Assembly: GCA_009392095.1 (NCBI GenBank)
Contig: VFHF01000182.1
Location: forward strand, 1-55,796
Direction of reading: 5' to 3'
DNA length: 55,796 bases
Origin: SAR202 cluster bacterium
Lineage (GTDB): Bacteria > Chloroflexota > Dehalococcoidia > Lucifugimonadales > UBA3495
The notes below the pieces were generated by a model. The model was not told the origin of the DNA. It made no database searches and saw nothing but the letters and a program-made list of their open reading frames with translations. Each line of letters begins with the position of its first letter. Within the stretch, counting starts at the first letter, position 1. Below, piece after piece: positions 43,300 to 52,780 of the stretch. Both the position numbers and the translations under genes were made by a program.

Positions 43300-45165
43300 T
43301 CAGATTGACGTGATAATGTTTTTATAAGGCCGGGTCATCAGATTCCAGCTATTACTGGCGGCATCGAACTTAGAGTTGACGAATACTCTCCAATTGGCGT
43401 CGTCGAGGTCAGGGAAGTCGGACCGGTAATAATAACCCGGCCAACGGGTCTCCTTTCGATGTAGCAGATGCCGCAGATGGGCTTCACCGACCCAAGTCCG
43501 GTGGATCAACTCCCAACACCGCATCAACTCATGTCGGTTTCGGGCTGCAAGGTGGGTGAGGTCTTCCCTGAACATCTCCATCAACTCGATTCCCCTTTCC
43601 AGGGTCGGTTGATTAGTGGTGTACCCAGTAGATGCGCCAGCGCCGTACTCGTCCATGATCTTCTGTAGCCGAACTAGGCCCTGTTTCGGGGTCATATAGT
43701 TGGGGTTTATCTCTGCTGATGAACTGGCTCCCTTATGTTTCTCGAAGGTTTCCAACGGCGCCCAGATGGTCTCTTGAATGCCACGGACATTGGCGTCGCT
43801 TACGGTTGGGGCGCTGGGGTTGTCGGCCACGAAATTGACGGCGGACTTGGCGGCGATACGGCCTTCAGTGAAAGAGCCGGACGAGAATTTGTGTGGCGCG
43901 GCACCTACCCCGTCTCCCGCGGCGAACAGTCCCTGGATCGTAGTCATACGGTTGTAACCCCAGAAATACTCGCCGCTTGCGATGTCTTCGGGGCCGCTGA
44001 CCCATGCGCCCGCCTCGCCGGAATGGGAACCCATGATGTAAGGCTCGGCCAGCACGACCTCGCTTGGCGTATCTTCGGGCGCTATGTTTTGGGATGCCCA
44101 GGTCAGTGCCTGGGCAACTGTCATATCCAGGAAATCTTCCCATGCTTCATCGCGGACTTTGTCCATCTTAGCCGGGTCTCCATCCGCTATCTTCTGCATC
44201 GCCACGTCGGTCCGCATATACATGGGGCCTAGGCCGTCTTTGATGTCCAAGAACATCTGATGGTTCCGGAGCGGAGTGGGTGTTGGGACAGCAGAACCGT
44301 AGGGCTCATACTTCTTCAATTCGTCCGCGCGGGTCACGGTATAATCTTCGCCATTGGCATTAAGCACTTGGGCGTGGAAATATTGGAACCACATACCCAC
44401 GGGTCCGTATCCATCTTTGAATCTGGTGGGCACGAATCGATGTTCCATCTGAGTCATTTCGGTCCCGATGGGAATCATGAGGCCGTAAGCAGCACCAGTG
44501 GCGAACACCGAGTACCACGTGCGGCCAAGCCCCTCACCCACGGAACGAGGGCGGAAAACGTTTGAAGCGCCACCGCAAGTGATTATTACGGCTTTAGCCC
44601 GGAAGACGTAGATCTTGTTCTCCCTCACTGCGAAACCGACCGCTCCAGCGATTCTTTGAGGATCATCAGCGTCGGTCAAAAGATGCGTGATCGAGACCCG
44701 TTCATAGATGTTCTCAGGCCCGATCGCTGTACGCGCTGGTTCGGCAGCGATAGGTTTTATGGACTCGCCGTGAATCGGGATCTGCCACCGCCCGACCCGT
44801 TCGTATTCGCCATTGTCTTTTTTCCAGATGGGAAGTCCCCACTCTTCCAGGAGGTGAACAGAGTTATCGACGTGTCGTCCCACGTCGTAAACCAGGTCTT
44901 CCCTTGCCAGTCCCATCATGTCATTTACTACGTAGTGGACGAAATCTTCTGGGGTATTCCAGCCGTTCCGCTGACCCATGTAGCAGTTTATGGCGGAAAG
45001 CCCTTCACCCGTGGCCCCGCTACGCTCGATGACGGCCTTTTCCACCATGACTACCTTGAGATCTCCGCTCCAGTATTTCGACTCGAATGCCGCCCCGCAG
45101 CCGGACATTCCTCCGCCGATGATTAGAATGTCGCAATCGATGGTTTCTGTGATAGGAAGGGTCAA
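43300..45165 (-). CDS. aprA: adenylylsulfate (APS) reductase alpha subunit
   Basis: 621 aa. TTG start 8 nt after AAGGAG. FAD fold DILIIGGGMSGCGAA. Size and colinearity with AprA. Immediately downstream of aprB. Confidence 0.9.
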   Translation of the reverse strand: MTLPITETIDCDILIIGGGMSGCGAAFESKYWSGDLKVVMVEKAVIERSGATGEGLSAINCYMGQRNGWNTPEDFVHYVVNDMMGLAREDLVYDVGRHVDNSVHLLEEWGLPIWKKDNGEYERVGRWQIPIHGESIKPIAAEPARTAIGPENIYERVSITHLLTDADDPQRIAGAVGFAVRENKIYVFRAKAVIITCGGASNVFRPRSVGEGLGRTWYSVFATGAAYGLMIPIGTEMTQMEHRFVPTRFKDGYGPVGMWFQYFHAQVLNANGEDYTVTRADELKKYEPYGSAVPTPTPLRNHQMFLDIKDGLGPMYMRTDVAMQKIADGDPAKMDKVRDEAWEDFLDMTVAQALTWASQNIAPEDTPSEVVLAEPYIMGSHSGEAGAWVSGPEDIASGEYFWGYNRMTTIQGLFAAGDGVGAAPHKFSSGSFTEGRIAAKSAVNFVADNPSAPTVSDANVRGIQETIWAPLETFEKHKGASSSAEINPNYMTPKQGLVRLQKIMDEYGAGASTGYTTNQPTLERGIELMEMFREDLTHLAARNRHELMRCWELIHRTWVGEAHLRHLLHRKETRWPGYYYRSDFPDLDDANWRVFVNSKFDAASNSWNLMTRPYKNIITSI

Positions 45166-45210
45166 TTCAGGTGCTCCTTGTCTTTAGGTAACCCAGGAAT
45201 ATAGCAATGG

Positions 45211-45657
45211 TTAATTGGGGGTGGGCAACCGGTCTACACCGAGCCACTGGGAGTCTCCAGCCAGGCTCTGGTTTTTAAGATCAGTTTGCCGGTCTTCGGT
45301 AAATCCTTCGTACGGGACCACTGAGCCAGCGGGCTTGGTTCGTGAAGGGTAGGTAAATTCGAAGGTACGGCCGTCTCGGAAACGGACATCCCAACGAAGC
45401 CCATCTTCGGTCCTGTGCGGTTGGACCGCTGCTCCCATAGGGACAAAGTCCGCGTAACCTCGAACGTGGATGGCCTCTGTAGGGCACAACTTAACGCATG
45501 CGTAGCACTCAGAGCACATCTCGGGTTCTTGGTTGAAACCCTTATTTACGTCTTGATCCAAAACCATCAAGTCGTTGGGGCAGATATAAACGCAGAGCGG
45601 GCCTTGGTGCTCGCCTGCGCAGGCATTACAGGCGTTGGGGTCTACATAGGTTGGCAT
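45211..45657 (-). CDS. aprB: adenylylsulfate reductase beta subunit
   Basis: 148 aa. MPTYVDPNACNAC..LCVYICPNDLM and CSECYACVKLCP ferredoxin clusters, followed by the AprB-type C-terminal tail. AAGAGGA RBS. Confidence 0.9.
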   Translation of the reverse strand: MPTYVDPNACNACAGEHQGPLCVYICPNDLMVLDQDVNKGFNQEPEMCSECYACVKLCPTEAIHVRGYADFVPMGAAVQPHRTEDGLRWDVRFRDGRTFEFTYPSRTKPAGSVVPYEGFTEDRQTDLKNQSLAGDSQWLGVDRLPTPN

Positions 45658-45712
45658 TCTGATCCTCTTAGCGGTCGGTTGTTTTCAAGTTGATTTTAGG
45701 TTCAGATTCATT

Positions 45713-45742
45713 AAAAAACCCCCGCTCGTTTTCCAGCGGAGG
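45713..45742 (-). terminator. intrinsic terminator between sat and aprB
   Basis: On the minus strand: CCUCCGCU-GGAAAACG-AGCGGGGG (8 bp including one G-U), then UUUUUU. Starts 8 nt after the sat stop. Confidence 0.7.
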
Positions 45743-45750
45743 TTCAAAGG

Positions 45751-47019
45751 TCATCCGGGGCGATGCTCGGTACAGGTACAACAGTCTAGGGTAGGCAAAG
45801 AGAATACCGGCGCCCGGTTTTCTAGGTATTCCGGGGTGACAAATGCCGAACCGGAATTGTATTTATCAGCGCATTCCCGAACGATTTCCAATATCTCAGA
45901 CCTCAATGTAGTTGGGGCCGGCTCTTGCCCACCGTCTATGATCCTTCGGATGACCGTTCCCGCCAAGTCCTCTTTCTGGTCTCGGTGGCCGCAATGGCCT
46001 TCGTATGCAACGCTCTGGCATACTGGGCAATACCACCACTCAAGTGTGAGCACCGATCTTATTCCTAGGTCTGGCAAATTCTGAAAGACCTCATGAGCGG
46101 CATAGGTATCGTAATAGTTTCCGACACCAGCATGGTCTCTTCCGAACATATGATGGCTGCAGCCCAGGTTTTTACGCACGATCGCATGAAAAACAGCCTC
46201 TCGCGGTCCGGCATAGCGCATGTCCCACATTAGTGTGGAAGTCTCATGGATGTGGGGCAGGAAAAAACCAGCCTCCCTTAGGCGACGATGGGCCAACACG
46301 ATGGCCTCATCGATGTAATCGCCCGGCTTTTTCTCGCCAATCACAGCGCTGACAAGAATACCATCGGCTTCTGATGAAAGCAAAGCCCCCTTCATCATCC
46401 ATTCGTGACCCACGTGAGGAACATTGCGGGTTTGATGGGCCACTGCCGTGCTCCAACCCAACTCAGAGAACCGCTGCCTCAATTCGCGTGGAGTTTTCCA
46501 AAACGGGGCGAAAGGCGGGTTGATGATCGGCGAGTTGACCAGAGTCACCGGACCGCCAAGGAACGTGTCTTCCAGGCCGAGGGTCCGCATCACGCCAGGA
46601 TGGTCTTGGTCCGCTGTCCCGTAGACATGCCGGGCCATGGTCTCCTGGTCGTAGGAGAATATCTCAGCCACGTCTAGCACGGCCAGCGCCTGGTCTTGGT
46701 AAGTTAGCAGAACAGAGTCACCCTGCTTCACACCAACTTCCGCAATGGCTTGGCTGGAAACGTCGAATACTATGGGGATACTCCATACCAGTCCATTGGT
46801 CAGGGTCATGTTTTTGACGACGGAATCTACCTGCGAACTAACCATGAACCCGTCCAGCGGAGAGAAGAACCCATAACATAGGTTGATTACCTCTCGTGCG
46901 ATGCTATCCCGCACAGCGATCCGGGTTAGGCCGGCCGCAAGGTGAGGCGCGTCCTTCGGAGAGGCGATCTTTTCGATCAGTTCGCCACCGTGGGGAGACA
47001 ATGTGTTGTCTATTGCCAT
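45751..47019 (-). CDS. sat: sulfate adenylyltransferase (ATP sulfurylase)
   Basis: 422 aa. Motifs HQTRNVPHVGHE and FGRDHAGVGNYY. Confidence 0.9.
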   Translation of the reverse strand: MAIDNTLSPHGGELIEKIASPKDAPHLAAGLTRIAVRDSIAREVINLCYGFFSPLDGFMVSSQVDSVVKNMTLTNGLVWSIPIVFDVSSQAIAEVGVKQGDSVLLTYQDQALAVLDVAEIFSYDQETMARHVYGTADQDHPGVMRTLGLEDTFLGGPVTLVNSPIINPPFAPFWKTPRELRQRFSELGWSTAVAHQTRNVPHVGHEWMMKGALLSSEADGILVSAVIGEKKPGDYIDEAIVLAHRRLREAGFFLPHIHETSTLMWDMRYAGPREAVFHAIVRKNLGCSHHMFGRDHAGVGNYYDTYAAHEVFQNLPDLGIRSVLTLEWWYCPVCQSVAYEGHCGHRDQKEDLAGTVIRRIIDGGQEPAPTTLRSEILEIVRECADKYNSGSAFVTPEYLENRAPVFSLPTLDCCTCTEHRPG

Positions 47020-47183
47020 CGTTTGAAACTCGAGCGTGATTCGATAGCCATTATTATCTCGGACAGGAGCCTCAGAAATCCTGCAAACAGTCGTGACGAC
47101 CTAGGTCCAACTGGAGGACGAAACGAATTATGGTCGCGCGATTATACCTACGTCAACCGATATCGTATAAGCTCACCCAGCTC

Positions 47184-48356
47184 CTACGCCACGGCTTGGT
47201 ATTCCTTGATGGCAGGTATAACTTCTTGGCTCATTAGATCGATGCTGCGCATGGCTACGTCGTGGGACATGGGACCTTCACGGCCCCACAGGACTACGTA
47301 ACCAGGGTCGATCAGGTCGATGATCTTCTTCAGTTTCTCGATGACCGTGTCAGGATTCCCGGTTATGATCTGGGCGGTCGCTTGGGCTTCTTCGTAGGGC
47401 ATGCTGGATCCGCCGGGAGTGATATTGGAAGCTGCCGACCTGGCTGCTTCCCTGGCTCCCTGGGCGGAGGACCGGGAGATGTATCCCGGGGGGGCCTGCC
47501 AGTGGGGTGGCGTCACCCCAAAAGAAGTTCCTAGTTGCCAGTAGAAGTTCTTGCCCTCTTCGTAGGCCTTCTCGTCGGTGTCGGCTACATTGACCCTGAT
47601 GGCGTAGGCACGGTGCTCTGCTGTGGGCGTCCAGCCGTCGGCCTTGGCGGTTTCGTCATAGAGGTCGTAGATACCCCTGAGCAGGTCCATTGGCGGGGCC
47701 AGGGCCACGTAGGGGTACTTGTGCTTGGCGGCCCAGACGATTGATTCGGTGGATGCCACGCCCGGAATCCAGATGGGCGGGTGTGGTTTTTGCAGAGGCA
47801 TAACCCAGGGGTTCACCACCCGGTAATGGTAGTGCTTGCCCTCGTACCGAAACGGGCCCGGATTGGTCCAAGCCTTGATGATGACATCGTGGGCCTCGTC
47901 GAACCGCTCCCGGTTGTAGATCGGGTTAGTGTTGGTGGCGATGCTTTCTTGGCCGATGCCCCGGACGAAGCCGCAGATGACCCGGCCTCCGGAGAGGATG
48001 TCAATCATGGCGACTTCTTCGGCGATCCGGAGCGGGTTCTCGTGAATTGGTAGAACGTTGCCCAGGAAAGCAATCTTGCCCTTTTTGGTCGTCCGGGCGA
48101 GGACAGACCCGATAACGTTGACCGACGGCATCATGCACAGCGGGTTGTTGTGATGCTCGTTGATCATCACGCCATCGAAGCCCGACTCGGTGCAGTACTG
48201 AAGCTCCTCGAAATACATCGAGTAGAGTTCCTGAGCCTTCTCAGGGCTGAAATACTCGTTGGGGAACATCAGATTGTTGTAGCCGAGCTCTCTGGCTTGG
48301 TCTTGCGGGTACGCTGTGTAACCCATTTCGGTGAAGAAAAGGACTTCGCGTTGCAT
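47184..48356 (-). CDS. LLM-class (luciferase-like) flavin-dependent monooxygenase
   Basis: 390 aa. FDGVMINEHH, LGNVLP and DILSGGRV, typical of luciferase-like monooxygenases. Confidence 0.85.
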   Translation of the reverse strand: MQREVLFFTEMGYTAYPQDQARELGYNNLMFPNEYFSPEKAQELYSMYFEELQYCTESGFDGVMINEHHNNPLCMMPSVNVIGSVLARTTKKGKIAFLGNVLPIHENPLRIAEEVAMIDILSGGRVICGFVRGIGQESIATNTNPIYNRERFDEAHDVIIKAWTNPGPFRYEGKHYHYRVVNPWVMPLQKPHPPIWIPGVASTESIVWAAKHKYPYVALAPPMDLLRGIYDLYDETAKADGWTPTAEHRAYAIRVNVADTDEKAYEEGKNFYWQLGTSFGVTPPHWQAPPGYISRSSAQGAREAARSAASNITPGGSSMPYEEAQATAQIITGNPDTVIEKLKKIIDLIDPGYVVLWGREGPMSHDVAMRSIDLMSQEVIPAIKEYQAVA

Positions 48357-48525
48357 GTGAAGCCTCCAGCCTATCTGGTCCGGGAAACCGTCTCAGCCTG
48401 GAGGCAGTATGTGATTGCCCACCGGCAGTGTCAAGATGCATTCGGACCTCGGTGTTCACGAGGTTGCGGAACTTGACATGCCATGACCACGACACAGAGA
48501 ATCAGCAATCGGCCCTCGCATTTCA

Positions 48526-49356
48526 ATGAACGCCCTGGAGGTAACCAGCGTGGCCTACAACACCATCATTCTGGACAAGTCCGATCACATCGCTCGCCTG
48601 ACACTGAACAGGCCAGAGCGGCTTAACGCCCTGAACGAAGAGATGTTCGCCGAGTTGAACCACGCCCTGGAAGATGTTGCCGGTGACACCAATATCAGGG
48701 TGTTCATTATCACCGGGGCCGGGCGAGCCTTCTGCGCCTCCGCCGACATCAAGGACGAGAGCCGGGGCGGCGACCAACTGCTGGGGCATAAAGAGCCTTA
48801 CGAGACCTACCAGTTCATCCGCGCCATGCCCCAGGGAGTGACCTCCAAGCTGCACAACATGGAGATACCGACCATCGCTATGGTTAACGGCTTGGCCATT
48901 GGCGACGGTTTCGATTGGGTGCTGGCCTGCGACATCAGAGTCGGCTGCGAGAACTCCCGATTCATGAATGCTTTTCTGCAGATGGGTCTGGTCTCCAATA
49001 CCGGGTCCACCTGGCTCTACAATCGGGCAATGGGCATCAGCAAGGCTCTTGAACTCCTCTACACTGGCGACTGGCTTGAGGCCGACGAAGCCAAGGAATG
49101 CGGTGTGCTGGCCCATCTGGTCTCGGCCGATAAGCTTGAAGAGACGACTATGGACCTGGCTTGCAAGATCGCCGGCAAGGCCCCCATACCGAACCGTATG
49201 GTCAAGGGAATGATGTACCGGGGCCTGACCCAGACGTTGGACGACCATCTGGCCGAGGCGGCCCAAGTCGAGGTTTTGACCCTCACCAGCCAGGACCATA
49301 AAGAGTCCTTGGCTTCATTCCGGGAGAAACGCGCCCCCGTTTACAAGGGCGAGTAG
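48526..49356 (+). CDS. enoyl-CoA hydratase/isomerase family protein
   Basis: 276 aa. Motifs LNRPERLNAL, GAGRAFCASADI and AMVNGLAIGDG. Confidence 0.85.
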   Translation: MNALEVTSVAYNTIILDKSDHIARLTLNRPERLNALNEEMFAELNHALEDVAGDTNIRVFIITGAGRAFCASADIKDESRGGDQLLGHKEPYETYQFIRAMPQGVTSKLHNMEIPTIAMVNGLAIGDGFDWVLACDIRVGCENSRFMNAFLQMGLVSNTGSTWLYNRAMGISKALELLYTGDWLEADEAKECGVLAHLVSADKLEETTMDLACKIAGKAPIPNRMVKGMMYRGLTQTLDDHLAEAAQVEVLTLTSQDHKESLASFREKRAPVYKGE

Positions 49357-49368
49357 CGAGGAACTGCC

Positions 49369-49875
49369 GTGGCCAGCCTACTGGAAATTTTAAAGGAGAC
49401 CGTAGGGCAAGAGATCGTCATCAAGGCGCCTGATGAGATGGGCCGATCTTCGCTGCGCCAGTACGCCTTGGCCATCGGAGATTTCAACCCGCTTTATTCC
49501 GACCGTGAATTTGCCCAGGCGCACGGATTACGGGACGTCATGGCTCCTCCGACGCTGGTCTGTGACACCTGGCAGTACGTGGACAGCGACATGGACGACC
49601 GGGGCGACCTTGTAGGCCGTGGTCCAATCAGGGACTTGGAGGGTCTGCGGGCCGGCAACGAATACGAGTTTTTCCAGCCCATCCACCCCGACGACGTTAT
49701 CACCGCCCGCTGGACCGTCAAGGACGTTTACGAGAAGACGGGGCGCACGGGTTCCCTGATCTTCCAGGTGATTGAGACTTCGTTCTACAACCAGTCTGAG
49801 GAATTGCTGGCGCGAAACATCGAGACCATGTTCTACAGGTCACCAGTTCCAGGCGAAGAATCGCAGGATGATTGA
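49369..49875 (+). CDS. MaoC-like dehydratase, N-terminal-type hotdog subunit
   Basis: 168 aa. GTG start 6 nt after GAGGA. YALAIGDFNPLYSD..FAQAHG pattern. Confidence 0.7.
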   Translation: MASLLEILKETVGQEIVIKAPDEMGRSSLRQYALAIGDFNPLYSDREFAQAHGLRDVMAPPTLVCDTWQYVDSDMDDRGDLVGRGPIRDLEGLRAGNEYEFFQPIHPDDVITARWTVKDVYEKTGRTGSLIFQVIETSFYNQSEELLARNIETMFYRSPVPGEESQDD

Positions 49876-50311
49876 AAAAGCCAAACGCTTCGAAGATATT
49901 CAGATCGGCGACGAGATCACGCCCCTGGTCAAAGAGATCGGTATGGCCCGCATGATGGCCTACGGGGCGGCGACCTGGGACTTCATCAGGCTGCACTACG
50001 ACGCTGACTACGCTCGGGAGCTGGGTTTCGAAGCCCCATTTGTCGACGGCCAGATGATGGGCGGGTTCTTGACCCAGCATGTCCAGGATTGGGCTGGGCC
50101 GGGAGCGTTCCTCCGCAAGCTGGCCTTTCGCAACCGGGTCATGGCATATCCCGGCGACTCGCTGACCTGCCACGGCGTGGTCACCGATGTCTCATCTACT
50201 GAAGAGGGTGGCATGGTTGAGTGCGACCTTTGGATGGAGAACCAACGGGGCGAGAAGGTGGTCGACCCGGCCAGCGCGTTACTTCGTTTCCCTTTGATTG
50301 CAGGCAGCTAG
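49868..50311 (+). CDS. MaoC-like dehydratase, C-terminal-type hotdog subunit
   Basis: Internal ATG 49868 overlaps the upstream stop by 8 nt (ATGATTGA). AATWDFIRLHYDADYARELGF..DGQM pattern. Confidence 0.75.
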   Translation: MIEKAKRFEDIQIGDEITPLVKEIGMARMMAYGAATWDFIRLHYDADYARELGFEAPFVDGQMMGGFLTQHVQDWAGPGAFLRKLAFRNRVMAYPGDSLTCHGVVTDVSSTEEGGMVECDLWMENQRGEKVVDPASALLRFPLIAGS

Positions 50312-50315
50312 CACA

Positions 50316-51548
50316 ATGCTTGAACAAGGCGCTCTATCGGGCCTAAAGGTCGTTGAGCTTACAGACCGGGTGTCCGGGCAGGTAGCCGGGTCGTTCTGTG
50401 CCCGGTTGCTGGGCGATGCCGGCGCCGACGTTGTGAAGGTGGAGCCGCCTGAAGGCGATGCCTACCGCAGAAACGGACCCTATCCGGCTGGCGTCCCTGA
50501 CCCGGACCACAGCGGACTTTTTCTTTATCTGAACTCCAACAAACGTGGTGTGAGACTCGATATTGAATCTCCAGAGGGCCGGGCTGCGTTCTTGGACCTG
50601 GTTTCAACGGCGGATTTCTTGGTCTTGGGCCAGAACAGCTTAGAAGTTGAGCGTCTGGGACTGCGCCGGGAGAAGTTGGCGGTGGCAGATTCTGGGCTGA
50701 TAGTTACAACCATCACGCCTTTCGGTCTTGCCGGTCCTAACAGCGTCTATCTTGGCGACGACCTGATCGCCATCAGCGCCGGGGGGATGGCTTTTGCAAC
50801 ACCTGGTATCCCAGACCGGGTTGGGGATCTTGCCTCGGAACCACCCCTTCGTTCCAATACCCATATGGCCGGCTACCTGGCTGGTGTCCAAGGTGCGATG
50901 GCCAGTCTCGCGGCGTTGCTATCAAGAACAATTCAAGGCACTGGCTGTGAGATCGACCTCAGCATGCAGGAAGCTGTGGCCGCCGTGATGCCCTTTGAGC
51001 TGGCCCATGCTTCCTACCATGAGGCCAAACCACGCAAGCCGGAGATCTTTGGGGTGATGCCCAACGCGTATCTCCCCTGCAAGGACGGCTACGTGGTGGT
51101 TATGGCAGTGATGGAAGCCCACTGGCGCAATCTGATGGACCTGGCCGATAACCCGGACTGGGCGGAACTCGAGGTGTTTTCCTCTGGCGTGGAGCGCGCC
51201 CGAAATTGGGACGCCCTGGAACCGTTGCTGTTGGAATGGACCATGTCCCACTCCGGCGCTGAGATCGCGAAATTGGCTCAGGAACGGGGCATCCCCTGCT
51301 TCCCGGCGTACACAGTTGGCCAGATGGTGGACTCGTCCCATGTGACCGAGCGTGGCTTCATGGTAGACATGCAGGGTCCCGGCGGAGAGAAGTTCAAGCT
51401 GCCCGGCTATCCCGTCCGCCTGGAGCGCACTCCGTGGCAGTTGTTCCGCCCGGCCCCCAAGCTGGGCGAACACACATCTGAGGTGCTGGCGGAGTGGCTG
51501 GGATATTCGGCCGTCGAACTAGCAGCCGTAGGCGTGTGGGCCAGATGA
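50316..51548 (+). CDS. CaiB/BaiF family III CoA-transferase, subunit/paralogue 1
   Basis: ATG 50316 lies after the upstream stop. LSGLKVVELTDRVSG..LLGDAGADVVKVEPP N-terminus is typical of family III CoA-transferases. Confidence 0.85.
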   Translation: MLEQGALSGLKVVELTDRVSGQVAGSFCARLLGDAGADVVKVEPPEGDAYRRNGPYPAGVPDPDHSGLFLYLNSNKRGVRLDIESPEGRAAFLDLVSTADFLVLGQNSLEVERLGLRREKLAVADSGLIVTTITPFGLAGPNSVYLGDDLIAISAGGMAFATPGIPDRVGDLASEPPLRSNTHMAGYLAGVQGAMASLAALLSRTIQGTGCEIDLSMQEAVAAVMPFELAHASYHEAKPRKPEIFGVMPNAYLPCKDGYVVVMAVMEAHWRNLMDLADNPDWAELEVFSSGVERARNWDALEPLLLEWTMSHSGAEIAKLAQERGIPCFPAYTVGQMVDSSHVTERGFMVDMQGPGGEKFKLPGYPVRLERTPWQLFRPAPKLGEHTSEVLAEWLGYSAVELAAVGVWAR

Positions 51549-52756
51549 CGTCGCTGCCGTTAGAGGGGATCCGCATCGCCGATTTCGGCCAGATTATCGC
51601 CGTTCCCTATACCGCCCAGATGCTGGCCTGGCTGGGAGCAGAAGTGATTCTGATTGAGAATGAGCAACGGCTTACCACCCGGATATGGCCGCCGTTCGCC
51701 GAGGCCGAGCCTGGCGTCAACCGCAGCGGCGGGTTCAACACGGTCAACTCCAGCAAGATGAGCTGCACCTTGAACCTCAGAGACCCCGAAGGCGTGGCCC
51801 TAGCTAAGCAGATCATCGCTGTAAGCGACGTAGTGGTTGAAAACTACTCCAGTGGCGTTATGGAACGCATGGGACTAGGTTATGTCGACGTACGGGGCTT
51901 ACGGCCCGACATCGTGTATCTGTCGCTGGGGGCCTTTGGACGCACCGGCCCAATGAAAGACCTGGTCGGTTTTCACAGCGTGATCAACCTATTCAGCGGA
52001 CTGGCTTCCGTTACCGGGCATAAAGGGTCGCACCCACGGATCATGGGCGGCCTGTTCCCCGACGCGTTCAGCGGCTGTTACTGCGTTCTAGCTCTGCTCG
52101 AAGCTCTTTACCACCGGGCCAACACGGGGGAAGGACAGCACATCGAAGTTGCCATGACTGAGACCCTGGCTACGCTCTTGCCCGAGGCGGTCATGGAATA
52201 TACGCTGGACGGCACAGAGCCAGAGCGAGTGGGCAATCGCCATCAGGGCAAGGCGCCCCACGACATGTTCCGATGTCAGGGAGAAGAGAATTGGGTGGCG
52301 ATCTCTGTAGAGAATGATGCTCAGTTTCAGGCGCTGGCGCATACGGCTGGTAGTCCAGGCTGGGCAGACGACCCCAGATTCGCAACCGTCGAAGCGCGAT
52401 TAGACCATCAAGATGAACTAGGATGCTTGGTCCACCGGTGGACCGAAAGGATGGACGTCCAAGAAGTTGTCGAGAAACTGCAGGCTGTGGGGGTGCCAGC
52501 CGGGCCGGTATTGGACTCGGCCCAGGTGTTGGCCGACCCGCACATGGTTGCAAGGGGCTTTGTGCAGTTGCCAGACCACCCGGAGGTGGGACCACGGCCG
52601 CTTGGTGCTTTCTCCTGGGCCGTTGACGGCAGACGGCCCGGAACCGCCGGCAGCGCTCCGCTGATGGGCGAACACAACCGGAAGGTGATTCAAGAGCTAT
52701 TACAGGTGCCGGAGCAAGAATTCGAGCGTCTGGTCAAGAGCGGGGCAATCAGTTGA
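51545..52756 (+). CDS. CaiB/BaiF family III CoA-transferase, subunit/paralogue 2
   Basis: ATG 51545 overlaps the upstream TGA (ATGA). LEGIRIADFGQIIAVPYTAQMLAWLGAEVILIE. Confidence 0.85.
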   Translation: MTSLPLEGIRIADFGQIIAVPYTAQMLAWLGAEVILIENEQRLTTRIWPPFAEAEPGVNRSGGFNTVNSSKMSCTLNLRDPEGVALAKQIIAVSDVVVENYSSGVMERMGLGYVDVRGLRPDIVYLSLGAFGRTGPMKDLVGFHSVINLFSGLASVTGHKGSHPRIMGGLFPDAFSGCYCVLALLEALYHRANTGEGQHIEVAMTETLATLLPEAVMEYTLDGTEPERVGNRHQGKAPHDMFRCQGEENWVAISVENDAQFQALAHTAGSPGWADDPRFATVEARLDHQDELGCLVHRWTERMDVQEVVEKLQAVGVPAGPVLDSAQVLADPHMVARGFVQLPDHPEVGPRPLGAFSWAVDGRRPGTAGSAPLMGEHNRKVIQELLQVPEQEFERLVKSGAIS

Positions 52757-52780
52757 CCCACAAGATAGACCGGAGTTGAG

